Shown: one piece after another, positions 36,601 through 50,560 of the stretch | How positions within the stretch are numbered: position 1 is the first letter of the stretch | Layout: each line of letters starts with the position of its first letter | From: Trichoplax adhaerens | Lineage: Eukaryota > Animalia > Placozoa | NCBI RefSeq assembly: GCF_000150275.1 | Contig: NW_002060951.1 | Span: 1,870,297 to 1,934,296 of the forward strand | Length of the DNA: 64,000 nt | Direction: 5' to 3' | Made by a program: the position numbers and the translations under genes | Notes under the pieces: model-generated | Databases searched by the model: none | Told to the model about the DNA's origin: nothing | The model's input: the letters and a program-made list of their open reading frames with translations, nothing else

Positions 36601-39163
36601 TAATAGTATCTTAGTCACAATTTTCCCGTTAAAATGTTGTAAATATTTGTGCTTTATTTGATCTCGTTACTATAACAGTTATGCATGGAAAGAAATGATT
36701 TGCGTAAAACAATAGCATATTCTTTAAGAAATACGTAAGTAGTAAAACTGACATTGATAATGCTTCTGATAATTATTTAATCGAAAAGCCTTTTCTCAAT
36801 AATGTTTCAACAGCTTCGAAACTAGACTGTTGCATCCTGGTGCTAATACGAACGATATCCTTGATCAGTACATATCAGCAATTCACTCGCTAAGAATTAT
36901 TGATCCATCTGGAATAATTCTCGATGTAGCCTGCTATCCTATTCGGAAGTATTTAAGGTTATTAATCTACGGGATATTATTCAATCTTGCAGTCGGTTCG
37001 TAGATTTTATAAAAGCTATTACAGCATTTTTAACAACCATACCTTTATTCATTACACTTGATAGCTCAAGAGAAGATACTATTAGATGTATTATATCAAA
37101 TTTGACTAGCGACACTGATGGAGAATTAGCTCAAGTAAGTTGAACGCGTAAAAATATCATAATAGCTGCATGAATTTAATCATGATTTATTCTACACTAA
37201 CTTCATTTTTTCATTGAAATGATAGCAACTCGCTCGTGGAAATAATTCCCTAACGGATTCATTTAATGAAAGCGATACGGACAGCGATGAAGACTGGTCT
37301 CCAGATCCTGTCGATGCTATAGCCAGAAGTAAGCTCGTTTAATCCGATTGTAGTACCACAGAAAGATATCAATTGATACGGTTACTAAGCTGCCATGATA
37401 TTTCCTTTAACATGCTGAAATTGTGTTCCTAAATTAGAGGGCATGACATCTGGATATCATAAGAAAAAAGACGTTTTAAGGTTTCACTTCAATAATTCAT
37501 ATGCTATCGCATTAATCCATGGTAGCGTACAACTTTTTTAATTTTAGTCATTTGACTAATCCTTGATTATGATTTCTTTTGATTAAGTATGCTGGTAACC
37601 ATTTATGGAAGTAAACAACTATTTTCCTCAGAGTACCGAAATCTCTTAGCTCATCGATTGTTAACGCTGTTTGATTTTAACACGGACAAAGAGGTACATT
37701 TCCGCATTACTAGTAATTTTTTTCTGAGTAGAGATTTATTATTATCTTACATCGTTGTTGAATAATTGTTATATCTATAGATTCGCTATTTAGAACTTCT
37801 TAAATTAAAATTTGGCGAAACCAATTTAAGTGACTGTGAAGTGATGCTAAAGGACGTAAAGGATTCCTGCCGAATTAGTGACCATATTCAATCAACAATG
37901 AATAAGATTGTACAAGAAGAAAAAGATGATAGCCTAATGGTACATCCTCGTAGACACTAAATTTGAGTTCATGCAGGTTAATGCTATATTTATCAGCCAC
38001 TAAATTGCAATCATAAAATTTTACAACAGTTGGACTTCCAGTTAAATACTTTGATTATATCTGAGAATTTCTGGCCGAAATTTAAGGAAGAAAAATTGAA
38101 ATTACCCCCCAAAATTGAAAAGTAAATAATACGATAAAAACACATCGTCTCGATTATGACAATTGCATTAAAAATTGGATTCAAAAAGCAATCAAAATTT
38201 GTGATCCGCAATAAAAGCTTTCTTTGTTATGGGTATACAGGACCATGACTGCATTTGCAAAGCACTTCGAAAAGCTGAAAGCAATGAGGGGTCTGCATTG
38301 GAAATATCATTTAGGATTAGTAAATATTCAAATCGAAATTGCTAACCATCAAAAACAATTCTCCGTAACTCCATTGCAAGCATCCATTATTTATTTATTC
38401 CAGGAGAAAGGTATAATATTTGTACAATAAGTTAAACATTGACCATCAATTGAAGCAATTACATCGCATACCTTGACGATATTTTTAAGGTTTTACAAGC
38501 TAAAGTAATGGTATAATTTTAATTACATTTAGTGCAATGGACTATCGAAGAAATCAGTGAAGAACTGCAAGTCAGCAGTACAATCTTACGTAGAAAGATT
38601 TCTTATTGGATTAATCAGGGGCTTCTTAAAGAAACTCCTGTAGACTCATATAATCTAGTTGAGGATAGTGAATATGATATGTCTGGTACGTATACCATAT
38701 ACGCTAGAATGAAATCTATATCATTTATGTATTATGCAACTGATGTTGTTCCATTGGTTTTCATATATTCATGATTTACAATTTAAGGAATTACTCCGGA
38801 GGATGCTATTACTGAGGATGATGAAACAACAACTGTAACTTCCGCAGCTGATCAACATGAAGAAGAACAGGAGGTTACCAACGCTTGTGAAATTTATAAC
38901 GTAGATCCTGTACTCACATCTTAAATTAACGTTACTGATATTTCTTTTTTTGAAATTGTGTGATATAGCTGTACTGGTCGTATATAGTTGGAATGCTGAC
39001 CAATTTTCCTGCCATGGAGTTAGACCGCATCTGTAGTTCATTGAAGCTCTTCATACCAAGTGCAGGGGAGCTTTCTTCAAGAGATTTGAAAATGTTTTTG
39101 GATAAGAAAGTACAAGAACAAAAGCTAACCCATAATAATGGTGAATACGCTTTAGTAAAATAA
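33685..39163 (+). CDS. ANAPC2: Anaphase-promoting complex subunit 2 (cullin-homology protein, multi-exon)
   Basis: Spliced exons give ISELFDIIIDFPES, RLLHPGANTNDILDQYISAI..DPSGIILD..PIRKYL..REDTIRCII, DWSPDPVDA, IRYLELLKLKFGE..CEVMLKD, ISENFWP, LHWKYHLG, SYWINQGLL and the WHB-domain motif YWSYIVGMLTN. Stop TAA at 39161-39163. Confidence 0.94.
34549..34579 (-). mobile_element. Helitron-type 3' terminus (hairpin + CTAG) inside ANAPC2 intron 3
   Basis: The minus strand reads CCGTCAGCAAAGCGACGG (GC-rich hairpin), a 9-nt spacer, then CTAG followed by T. This is the canonical Helitron 3' end arrangement. The 5' end was not located. Confidence 0.5.
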
Positions 39164-39271
39164 CTTCTGCTATCATCTAATTGAGATTTGCTACGCTTTT
39201 GTCATCATAAAACTAAGCTAATTTCGGTTCTAGATTTTTACCTTGTTCTCGGGTTATTATGATTAACTGTA

Positions 39272-39277
39272 AATAAA
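39272..39277 (+). terminator. Putative polyadenylation signal of ANAPC2
   Basis: AATAAA about 109 nt after the stop codon. Confidence 0.5.
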
Positions 39278-42200
39278 ATCTACAGCTTCATTTGCTTTTT
39301 ATTTCCATTGTGAAATATTTACAATCAATGAGATCATTGCAATCCATTCATTCAATTCCATTTGTATCAAAATTATGAAAACAATTTTATGTGTTACTCA
39401 TGCACTACTGTAAAGAACTAATGCAATGGACGTTAAAACTCTCTGTAAATAACACTTATAAGACTGGATCAATATGTTGTATAAAATTTTAAATATAATC
39501 TAAGAAATTCATTTCATCCCGCAAATTCATTGCGCTGTATAGCGTGGACGGTAAAGGAATTGTTATTGTATAAGATATTCACAGTAATTGCAACTTTATG
39601 CTGTAATCATATATAACTTGGAAGGTTGATTAATTAGCCTTATTATAATCTTTCGTATCAATTAGTATGATTAATTGATCTAATCCATTATTCAAATACG
39701 GCCATTTTTACTAAAAAAGTTCCATTATTGTAGAAAACTGTGTTTACAAGAATTCTTATCTTATCAGAAGCGTAAGAATGATAACGCACAGCAGTAACTT
39801 TTGAAACTTTAATAGACATATTATTCAAATAAATAATATGAATTTTATGTTTATGATTAGTATCAATTAGCTCATAGCAGACGTATCGGTTTATGTGATT
39901 GTGCCAAGATTTTCGTATATACATCTGCATTAGCAAAATAATTTCGCAACCTCTTTTTTAATAGTATGGCACTATTAAATAAATTTTCGCTATTTCATTG
40001 AGATGAAGATCACTTTCGATTGTAATGACTAGTGAATGCGTATTAGCAATATGAGGTGCTGGTAATTTAAACTCATCGTAGACGAAAATTATGTACGTAT
40101 TATATAATTTTGTTTATATAAAATCAACAACTATTGGTATACAAATCAATCTTTTTAACTTAGTGTTCTTGACATTCAACATTGTAGCAATACTTCCACC
40201 AATAGATTATAGAGGTTATAATTACAAATAGCTCCACGTAGAAGAAGTAAACTAACGTATTCGTTGAAGGTATGGTAAGAATGCTATACTTAAATAATAC
40301 AAATAGAAACCTTGATAATTGATAATTAATCAGAGATTTCGTGATCTTAGTAACTTGAACGAAAATGATTTCTCCATATTCGTTCTAAATTCCTACCAAT
40401 TGGAGTTTAAATCTTGCTACATGTAACTTAAAGTAGGTCATTCCGAATATTCCAACTGATTTGATTATCATTATCTGCAATATAATGGCAATAACAGTGA
40501 TGCCGTTTAAAGTATTCTACTATGGAATACGTGTGCACTATTCCAGAGATGCAAACTTATAAGTACATATTACCCAAATAAAAAATAACATGATAATGCA
40601 GACACTGATACAGTAATTAGATTTTTACATGATTCGTGAAGTATTACGAGCTAGGAATACAATAGGTACAACTGGTAATGTTGCTAAGTTAAATATCTGA
40701 TGACAGATTTTGAGTTTCGATAATTATAAAAATCCAATGTATGCGTAATACGATATGATCATGCGAGTATGAATTTAATTTTTTGCCTTCATGTACTATC
40801 AGAACGTGGAATGTACACACAACTTAATACGTAAGCCAATCCATGTCAGCAATAATTGACGAACATTAACCTTAATTACCGTAATAAAATTTTAACAATG
40901 GGTTTTCATTCTATTAAATTCAAATTTGGAATAGATGTAGATGGCAAAACATTTTATCTATTTGTTACAAAATTTAAGTAACTTTGCTTTATCACAGATA
41001 GTTTATTTTCACTTGATCAGATATTAAAATATAAGCTCTAAAATAGAATATTATACCTTAATGAAGATAATATTAATAAAAAATTGTGGTCAAAATCACT
41101 TTTACCTTAGATAATCAACTACATTTTTATAATTATTATTTATAAAATCAGAATTCTATGAGGTGATTTTAATGCTATAAAATTAAATTTATATCATGAC
41201 TGAGGATGACTTGAATTAAATTTAAGAGCTTAAAACTTTACTGAAAATGATTAAAATTGATTTTCCTTGAGTTTCCAAGAGTCGCAGCCATTTTTAGACC
41301 ATCACTATTACAGTAAATGAGCACGAACACGATAATGGCTATAAGATATTCTTAAAGCAATTGATTATAATTATTCAATATAATCATCTAGGCTCGATAA
41401 GATCTTAATCGTATTTCATGTTAGAAATCAAAGTTGTAACAGTAAAAGACTCAAATTTTTATTTTACTTCATTTCACCTAACAAACGTAAGAAATTCTTA
41501 ATAGCTTTAACTAATTATAGGACAACGCTTAGAAGCCAAAAATCTCCCTTATTGAACCAGAAATTTTTGATACACGTTATCGGAACAATAATCAGTCAAT
41601 TAATACACGCATACATAATGCATTAAGTATACTAGATTCGTGAGAAATTAACTTTAATAATAAAGGCTTCGGATTAAAAATAATAAAAAATATCAATGGC
41701 TTTTCTCCTATCTAACTCGATATTATCATGTAAATACACAAAATAATAACTCAAATAAATGTACCAGTCACATATTATTTCTGAATATGAATATATATCT
41801 TTTACAGGGCATACGGATTGTTTACATTGCAATCTTGTTTATTAAATAGTTCTAGTCAAAATTTCTTGTTTAGGCTGATACTATATATCGTTGCTTGAGC
41901 TTGTAATACGTGGTTAAACATTTTATCAGAAGCATACGTAACGATCTTAATTAGTCATTATTAATGGGAATGATAGCCAATTAAACACTTGTTTTATAAA
42001 ATGTAGACATCGACGTCTATCATTCGTTTTTTAAGCTATGAATGATTATGGTATTATAATATGAGTTAAGCTTCCTTCCATTACAATTCAAAATGCGATT
42101 AAAGAAGGACATTTATATTCTACTACTTAAATCAAAGCTAGAATTTTAAAATACGTTAACGATCTTGAGAAGGAAATGTGTCCATTAAAATCATTTACTA

Positions 42201-42749
42201 TTATAATGACCTTTACAAAATGCTGTACAGTCGTCTTCCATGCAAAGCAGTATATTTATTAGAAAAGACCATTGTATATTAATAAATATAACAATTATTA
42301 TTCTAAATATTAAACTTTGAGATATTTCTGTTAATTATTTTATGGATCCTGTCAACATCCATTTTTTCTCATGCAGTATAGAATCATAAACACTATGTTT
42401 CGAATTAGACAATACTCGATCGCAACTATAGAAATTAATGTATCAATTTCAGTCTTGTTTTATATTCCTACAGCGTTCCTATTCCATCTAAAAATTCAAA
42501 ACAACCTCATTTAAGAATCGTCACTTTATAACCAATTTTATAATATTAGTTCTGGGTATCCTCTCCCTACTTTACCGCCTATATATATCTTGGTCGAGGT
42601 GACTGCAATGGATCTTTAATTATTCAACATCTATAAATTATTATTATATTAAATACCAATACTTCTATCTACAACTCAAATTAATTTCGTTATCGCTATC
42701 GAAAATGATATCAAAATCTCATTAGACTTTATCAAAATTATCATTCAAC

Positions 42750-43877
42750 ATGACTAGCCTGTTTAATAATAGCATAGTAGCGCTAGCATCTGCTTGGACT
42801 TGCGGATTAGGTGGTATCGTCGCCAATTTATACGTAATGACCACCTGCATAAGCAATTATCGGTATAGAATCAAAGAGGTAACAGCAGCAATGCAAATCA
42901 GTGAAGCATCTCGTCTGAATTTAAATATTACAAGCCCCTCTCGAGATTATCAAAACAAGAAACGGATAAAAATGGGTAAAGTGGCTATACTATTTTTCGT
43001 TAATTTAAGTATGGCTGATATGATGTCGTCACTTTACTTAGTTATATTAGCAATAGCTGATGCATGCGCCGATAGCGAAACGAAGTCTTACTTGATTTAT
43101 GCTAACGAATCAAAGACAATTTATGTAAATCGTAGTATTGTAGGAGAACAGTTGAAAATTTGGAATCATAGTTTTCTATGTCAATTCTTACGATTTCTAA
43201 CCATAAGTGGATCCACAATTTCAGTTTGGATGACATTAATGATTGCAATCGATCGATTTGTTTTGATCGTATATCCATTAAAAATGAACTGGAAATTTAC
43301 TCTACGTCGTACAATTTGGATATGTCGTCTTATTTGGCTTTATGGCTGTGGTTGTGGGTTATTGGCTGTCATCTTAGCCAAATTAACTTCGCACAAGCGG
43401 ACCAATAGCTGGTACAGTCGACTATGTATTATCGACAATCTAGACAACGATCTCGTTATTGCATTTGCCGCATTTCTATCTGTTAATAGTTTGCTTATTT
43501 ACATTGTTGTTTCTGTGTTACTGTTTATTTCATTATATCATGTTCGAAAATCTCCAGTGAGAATTAAATCTCAAGTTAATAATAGAACTAGATCTTATAT
43601 ACGAAAAATAGGAGCTGAAACAAGCCTTGTAATCACAAGTATAATTGTTGTTACTAATATTTTTTGTTGGCTACCTACAACAGCGATATCGCTTCTTTAC
43701 GCTCTTGGAGTAACGAAAATTGGAAAAGTTATGTTTGGTCCTTACGGAACCTGGATAACATTGCTATTTCCCGTAAACGGTTTTCTTAATCCGATAGTTT
43801 TTATCGTATTAATACATTTACGTTACTTTAAGCGTAAAAAAAGTCTTTCAATTCTAGTAATATCAAAAGCCGATTAA
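42750..43877 (+). CDS. Class A GPCR with LGR/GRL101-type 7TM domain, no LRR ectodomain seen, single exon
   Basis: 375-aa ORF. TM2 VNLSMADMMSSLYLVILAIAD, WNHSFLCQ, IAIDRF, TM6 TNIFCWLP and TM7 LFPVNGFLNPIVF are typical of the glycoprotein-hormone/relaxin receptor TM domain. Confidence 0.9.
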   Translation: MTSLFNNSIVALASAWTCGLGGIVANLYVMTTCISNYRYRIKEVTAAMQISEASRLNLNITSPSRDYQNKKRIKMGKVAILFFVNLSMADMMSSLYLVILAIADACADSETKSYLIYANESKTIYVNRSIVGEQLKIWNHSFLCQFLRFLTISGSTISVWMTLMIAIDRFVLIVYPLKMNWKFTLRRTIWICRLIWLYGCGCGLLAVILAKLTSHKRTNSWYSRLCIIDNLDNDLVIAFAAFLSVNSLLIYIVVSVLLFISLYHVRKSPVRIKSQVNNRTRSYIRKIGAETSLVITSIIVVTNIFCWLPTTAISLLYALGVTKIGKVMFGPYGTWITLLFPVNGFLNPIVFIVLIHLRYFKRKKSLSILVISKAD

Positions 43878-46574
43878 GATCATTTCCCAATATTTGAATA
43901 CATAGTAATTTTACTCTCTTCATTTTTTGATAAAATCTAAATGTAATAACCACTTCTATTAATTTCAACTTCTTCATTTTAGTATAGCGAAGTAGTTTAA
44001 TATTTTATTCAATTCTGGAAACTATGGGTATTACAGTCAGCACTTTATTAGGTCATAAATTAGATCTTATTTCCAAATCGTAAAAAAAGCGAGCGTAGTT
44101 ACTACAGTATAAGTGCCAAGAAATGATTAATAATTTACAATAGAGAGTGCAGTAAATGACAGATTCACATGATACCATTCTTTATACGTTGTGAAATGAT
44201 TAGAATTATGTCCATTGGCAAAGTACTAAATATTCTATAACGGTCATACTGCTATTGCTGGATGAGAACAAATGAGTTAATTCTCTGATAGATCTAAACG
44301 AGCTGCAAACTTTAATGACTTTATTCGTTTTATAACGGGCATTACGAAGCTAGTATTATTATAAAATTTAAGACAACGTGTTGACAATGAAAATAGGGAT
44401 CAAATAGCCATCAATTTTGGATACGATTACCTAAGCATGTTGACATTTTTATCAATAAAAATATTTACAAATCGTCTAATGTTGTAATTTTGGCAATTAT
44501 GACACGTCTGGATGTTTTAAAAAAATTTAAACTACACTTCACAGTCGTACATACTTAGGCTTTAGATATTCACATACAAACTTAAATTAATGACTGTACG
44601 ACACTTTTTATACTTATGTGTATAACTGGAAACGATTTTTGAATTACGTTAGTGGTTGTAGCAAACAATTCTATTACTACCCTACAGTCGACATTTTCGA
44701 CAATCGTTTAGCACAAACATATATAATGAAAAGAGAAATATATACGAGTAGATCATTATACCTATTTCTACATAATTATCAATTTTGAATATCAGAACGC
44801 TTTCAATTTAAGAATTGATTGTTTCAATTTCATTCTTAATCTAATTTATGAATATATTGTTTCGCAAATTATCTATTTTTCAAAAAACAACATCACTGAG
44901 ATCGGTTATATTATGACGAACACAATAACATTTAACCATTGTATCGTCGTTACTTTTAGATATTTCACTTCATCATTGTACCTATCTAGGAAGCTTATAT
45001 ATTAAGATAATCTAGCTGTGAATTTTCTTCCAATGTATTTGTGATGGAGGGTTCGAAGAGTCAAATAATGTGGTTTTAGTTGCCATGCAGAGAATTGCAC
45101 AAGGAGCTTAAGAAAAGAAGATACTTTACTGTAGATAGTAGTTAGGTACAATGTGATAATTACGGTAGATCAGCGTGGTAACTGCTATGAGTAAAGTGTG
45201 AATACTAACTGTGACTAATAATGCAACTTAAGAAATCTAAGGTAGAAAACGGCGGTATTTATAGCTATGGTATGTGAATACATGCAAAGAACATGATTAT
45301 AGGATTAGATACAACATATACCATAACAGGCTATAGAATAGCAGATGATTGTAGAAAATAGTGAGGACTGTAATAACTAAATGTAGTAAGCCATATTTGA
45401 ATGTAGAGCGAACAGACTGTAAATATGTCTGTATTTAATAGCAATACAAAATGTCTATATTTAAGAGTAGATTACAGTTACAGTACAATCCAAATACACT
45501 ATAGTATTGCTTAGTGCAGATTATTAACCTGTTCTTTTGAATAGCTAATTTACTAGTTACTGTAACGAATTTCACATCCGCCGCCTTAAACCAAATATGA
45601 TTACATCATTTATTAATATTTTAATAATTGAAACCCAATCTAATCCAGTAAGTTTGACCGATATTGGCATCCTATTCTGGCTAGACTTTATTAAAAGTAA
45701 AATAGCATTTAAAATAGTCACTTTCATAGTAGTATTGGTGGTAAAAAAAATAGAATTTTACTTAATTTAATTAAACTACCAACAATTACAGTCCAAGCAA
45801 AATAAATTAGAGGAAAAGCACCAGTTTATTATAACTTAAACAAAAATCTTGGCAAAACTTTTTAAATGAATTACAAAATACGAGCAGAACTAAATGCCCA
45901 AACCAATCAAACTATCAATTAATGAGATAACTCACGACTATCCTGGACTTTTTTATCTTCTCTAACTTCAGCTGCACTAAATTGCTGAACTACGTCACAT
46001 TTTATATGTTGCGCAGAGCAGTTGGTGATACTAGACTATCCATTTATCATTCTAAAGTACTCCAAATTAAACTAGCAATCAAACACATTTGATAAGATAA
46101 ATTATACCCTAGACTCCCGAAAACTACTAAATTAATACTAAATATAGTTTAGCTTGAAACTGTACATTTCTATTGTATATATACACTAAGACAAAATCAC
46201 AATCCCAGATCAAATATTTTGGGTCAAGCCGCATGAAATAACAAAGTAACATTAACTTCTACTGTAATTGATGATCAAAAATTAGCACACATATATTATA
46301 TTCTATTAACTAAATATATCGCTGGAGTTATAAAATTATAACATCTGATTCTTAACAAAATTATGCTACGGATTATCTCAACTTATAACCTGAATAAAGC
46401 AGTCGCGTTTACTCTATACTTAGATACTTAGTAAAATCTATTACTATAATCAACCAAATAAGTCATATTTTTAAAGCTAGAATACTTATTACGATACAAA
46501 AATTAAACTAGAATAAGAATTTGCATCAATCTCATAAATGAAAACAGGCACCTGTAAGAAGCTTTAAAGTCACA

Positions 46575-46870
46575 TGTATGATTGTAATTGCTGATATCCT
46601 ATGTTGATTACCAATACTACCACTTCAATTTACCTTAAAATTAGAGACAAACCAAAGCGTATCAGATCGATTATGTTTACGGTTCATGGCACACTGATAA
46701 CTTTGCTATTTCCGGCAGGTATCTTTGTTAATTTGATAGTTTTTATCGCTTTAATGCATATGAGTATGCACTACCACAAATACTGAAAAATTGTCCTTAT
46801 AACGGCTGGATTAAAAGCCGGCTAAAGACATTTCTTAATAATTCGCAATATTCAGTAACTTTGTTCTCTT
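46575..46870 (+). pseudogene. 3' relic (TM6-TM7, C-tail, 3' UTR) of the LGR-like GPCR family
   Basis: MFTVHGTLITLLFPAGIFVNLIVFIALMH matches MFGPYGTWITLLFPVNGFLNPIVFIVLIH of the 42750 gene. The downstream aaagccggctaaagacatttc...cagtaactttgttctct resembles 43867-43920. Confidence 0.75.
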
Positions 46871-47430
46871 ATCTATTCATAAAATTGAACCGCTTCAAGT
46901 ATCACTTCTCTGATACTGTATTGTGTTATTTACTTCTTCTCTTGTTTTTAAGGAATTGTATTAACAATTCATCGAACTTTAGAAACTGCGTTACAATCGG
47001 TATCAAATCCAAAAGTTAGGTTAACCGTTTAAAAATATAAACTTCATGATCAGATTTGAAATAAACTATCGATGCCGCCAATTTGGAATTCTATATAGAA
47101 ACTGAATAAAATATTCTTATCACTTTTCGTCGTCGGTGAATATTTAAAAATTGCACGTTATTTTATTAAACTGTGTGGATGAATACAAATCACTGCCGGT
47201 GCCTAAGATTGATACAATTGTCTTAAATATAAATTTTATGACAATGATACTGCTACCAGTACAACATTAATTAATATTTAAGAATAGAGAAATTTTTCAT
47301 TTATTTTTGCTTCTAAAGTGAATGTAGATCATCATTACTCTTGATTAATATTAATATTTAATAGTCAATAATATGATACCTCGCACGCTTCTGAATTTCA
47401 CATACTCGTATGTATGTATGCATGAGTTAG

Positions 47431-47490
47431 CTAGTTCATAATATAACCAAGTCATATAAGCTAGTTCATGATATTACCAAGTCATATAAG
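47431..47490. repeat. 2 x 30-bp tandem duplication
   Basis: ctagttcataatataaccaagtcatataag / ctagttcatgatattaccaagtcatataag (2 mismatches). Confidence 0.9.
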
Positions 47491-50400
47491 ACTTGTTACA
47501 ATCGCTTGTAACAAACTCTCCGAACCTAAATACTAGTATCTAAATACTAGGAGCAAATATCAACTAAACAGTCTCAGATTAGCCTGGACCTTAATACTTG
47601 ATTTAAAATAAACTAAGTCCAAGCTCTTTTAGGCATAGAAATATAAAACATATTAGCTAAAATCAGTTACAGTCTTGATAAACAAAGTCAGCGTCATGCT
47701 ACAGCAACTGAAAAACACCGAACATAGAAGGAAGCCGAATACTGGAATAGAGCCGTATACATTTATAGCAATTAATACTGCATTGACAAAACAAAATTGG
47801 GCTAGTAATAAAAAAATTACTGGTTTATCTTCCCGATTCGGCAAGCAATGACTTTTACAAGATCACTCATCAAAGCAATACAGAAACTAAGCTACGGAAT
47901 TCATTACAGCTATAACTTGGTATACTATCTGTGATGTTTCGGAAGGTTGAGAGTTCGGCATTAGTCGCAATAAAGTACAATAGAATAGTTAACGGAAGAT
48001 TAACCTTTATTGAGCTTGTGTAAGATTATCGTGCGAGTAACAACGTAACTAGTCGAATAGCTATAGTAGTGCAGAATAGGTAAAGTGTGCAAGCTTACCG
48101 TGTAACTACCAGAACTAACTAACGAGATAGACGAAAGATAACTTTTATAATGTTAGGAGCACAGTAGAAGGAAATTATTTATAGGCGCGAATGATTCATG
48201 AAAATAGGTTACTTCTATGTTAAGCTAGTACTACGGTGTAAGTTAGCTAGAGTGCAAGATATTTCCATAGAGTAAATTGTTAAATATAGATCATACATAT
48301 TTAGAGTTATGTTATAGTCTTAGAATTATGATACAGTCTAGTGAAAACTCATACTTTTACTAGAAATAGAAATAAACTATACCGTATTTAGAAGTGAACA
48401 CTACACTATCATTGTAGCTGTTACTGAAGAATTCAATATTATAGACTACCTTAGTGATATTTAAGACGATGGGTACTAACTTATTGCGTAGATGCCTCTA
48501 TTATAAGTTAAAGATTAGGAAATAGCTCATATCTCCGTAAGGACTAACTTTAATAAAAATAATATGTTAAATTATTTAAATTTCAGGCGATTACCGACTT
48601 ATAATTGTGTTACGGAGCTCGCTTCGAAATGAATAATATTTTAATCTAATATGTGTAATAACGTTATTATGGAGGTTGCCGATCTCGACAACAACCTAGT
48701 TGTTAATTGACTTTTGTTATTAATTATCGTAGTAATATACAGTGTGGATATTGTGTTAGCAAATAAAATGTCAAGCTGTGAAGATTATTATGTTAGTTAA
48801 TAAGGTGCTAATTAATTATATTAATTAGTGGCAAGTATTAAGTAACACTTAATCTAGTCGGATCTATAGTAAGCTTGTATTGCACATTATATAATTTAAT
48901 GTGAAAGATTAGCACCGGGGTTATTTGTGTGACATATGAAACTGTATATAAGCTTGATTATTAATTTTTAATCTCTATTCCACTGAGGCTAACGTAGAGT
49001 ACACTGGTACAAACGTAAACGGGCTAGTAATAAAGATATTTATTAACCTAAACCTATCGTTTGACTCGATTACTATAGTATAGGAATAAGTTAGTTTTCC
49101 CTTACTGAGGATCTCCGAAGTTAGTCGGAGAACCATAAGAGTAGATAGACCAGTTTAGGTACGATCACGAAAGCTGTTTTGTGACAAATTAGTATCAATC
49201 ATTATTGTCATTAGTTACATCTGCTTACAATTATTACTGTAGCTTCCGAAGTATCTGCCAGTTCGTACTATGAAAATGATAAATTATACGGTAGATCTTA
49301 CCTTACTTTTTTATATACTTTTCACATTTAGCCACTCATCTTAATCATGTTGTAGTAATAAAAGGGTAATAGAATACCTTAATACCAGTAACTGTCATAA
49401 ATTTAAGTTAATCGGTTCAGAGTGAGGATTACTAAGATTAATCTTTTTAAATACCACTGTTTAATCCATTCATTTCCATACAAGGCACAATATATTTTCA
49501 ACCATAAATATCGTATTTTCTACATCATCATCGTCAAAGCACGTAATAATCATCGAATGTCCTGTGAAACAGCTGATTATTAAACGTCAAATCTGTAAAT
49601 AAAATTATCCCAATTTATTCGGATCTGTAGAATTAAACCAATTTTGGACATTTCCAAGAATTTTCGGGTAGAGGTACGTGAATAGTAGCAGTGATAACAG
49701 ACACTAATTTAAATAATCAGTACCGGTAATTGCAATCCAATAATAGCTTTCCATTTCCACAATACTATTCAGTATTTTAATTAGATATGCTATATGAACA
49801 ATTCAAGTATAACATTCTATCATAATAAACTAAAATGTGTTTATAAGTAACTAAGCAGTCTTATAATAATAACAATTAGAATTGAGCACTTTTCCTGAAA
49901 ATTCGCACAACCCTTGAAATATCTATCTTTTAACATTATTACTGTAATATTGTAGATAACCTTTCTATTGTTGTATAATAGTTTTGATCATTTTGGTTTG
50001 AAAGGTAGAGCATATTTATCAGAATTAAGTATTATACTGTAAATGCTAACTGCAGCATATGATAGTTGCTTTCTAACATTCAACCGTCGCTGTTTGTGCG
50101 TATGTTCATATCTTCAATTGTATATAGTCACATATCCTACTAGGTCAGTTTTTACTTTATCTCAACATAAAAATGATCTCAGCATACCTCTGACAATCGT
50201 CAATTACAATAAAGGTTAATGCACATCGTCAATTTTATCATTTTTGACTTAATTCATAACTTTACTATGCTCCTTCCGTTTTTTAAAAATTCAGTACTAA
50301 GTATTACTTGAAAAGGATTACAGTATTATGATGCGAGCAGATTTTGGTTATATTTATTGCTTGATTTAACTATTTTTAATTTATTACTATTAAAATTAAA

Positions 50401-50560
50401 AATACAATCGCACCGCATCGATCTTTTTTCAGGCAGTATCACCAAGTTATGATTACACCAGTTACTAACATTTTAATCTACAGGCTCAACTTAGCCTAGT
50501 TATCATTGCCGCTATTGGTATTATCTTTTATTTAATTTCATTAAGGTAGTACGTATAATA

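Noticed and set aside
37555-37590. TCCTTGAT resembling a U12 branch point in an ANAPC2 intron
   Set aside because: The donor is GTTTCA, not the U12 consensus (G/A)TATCCTT.
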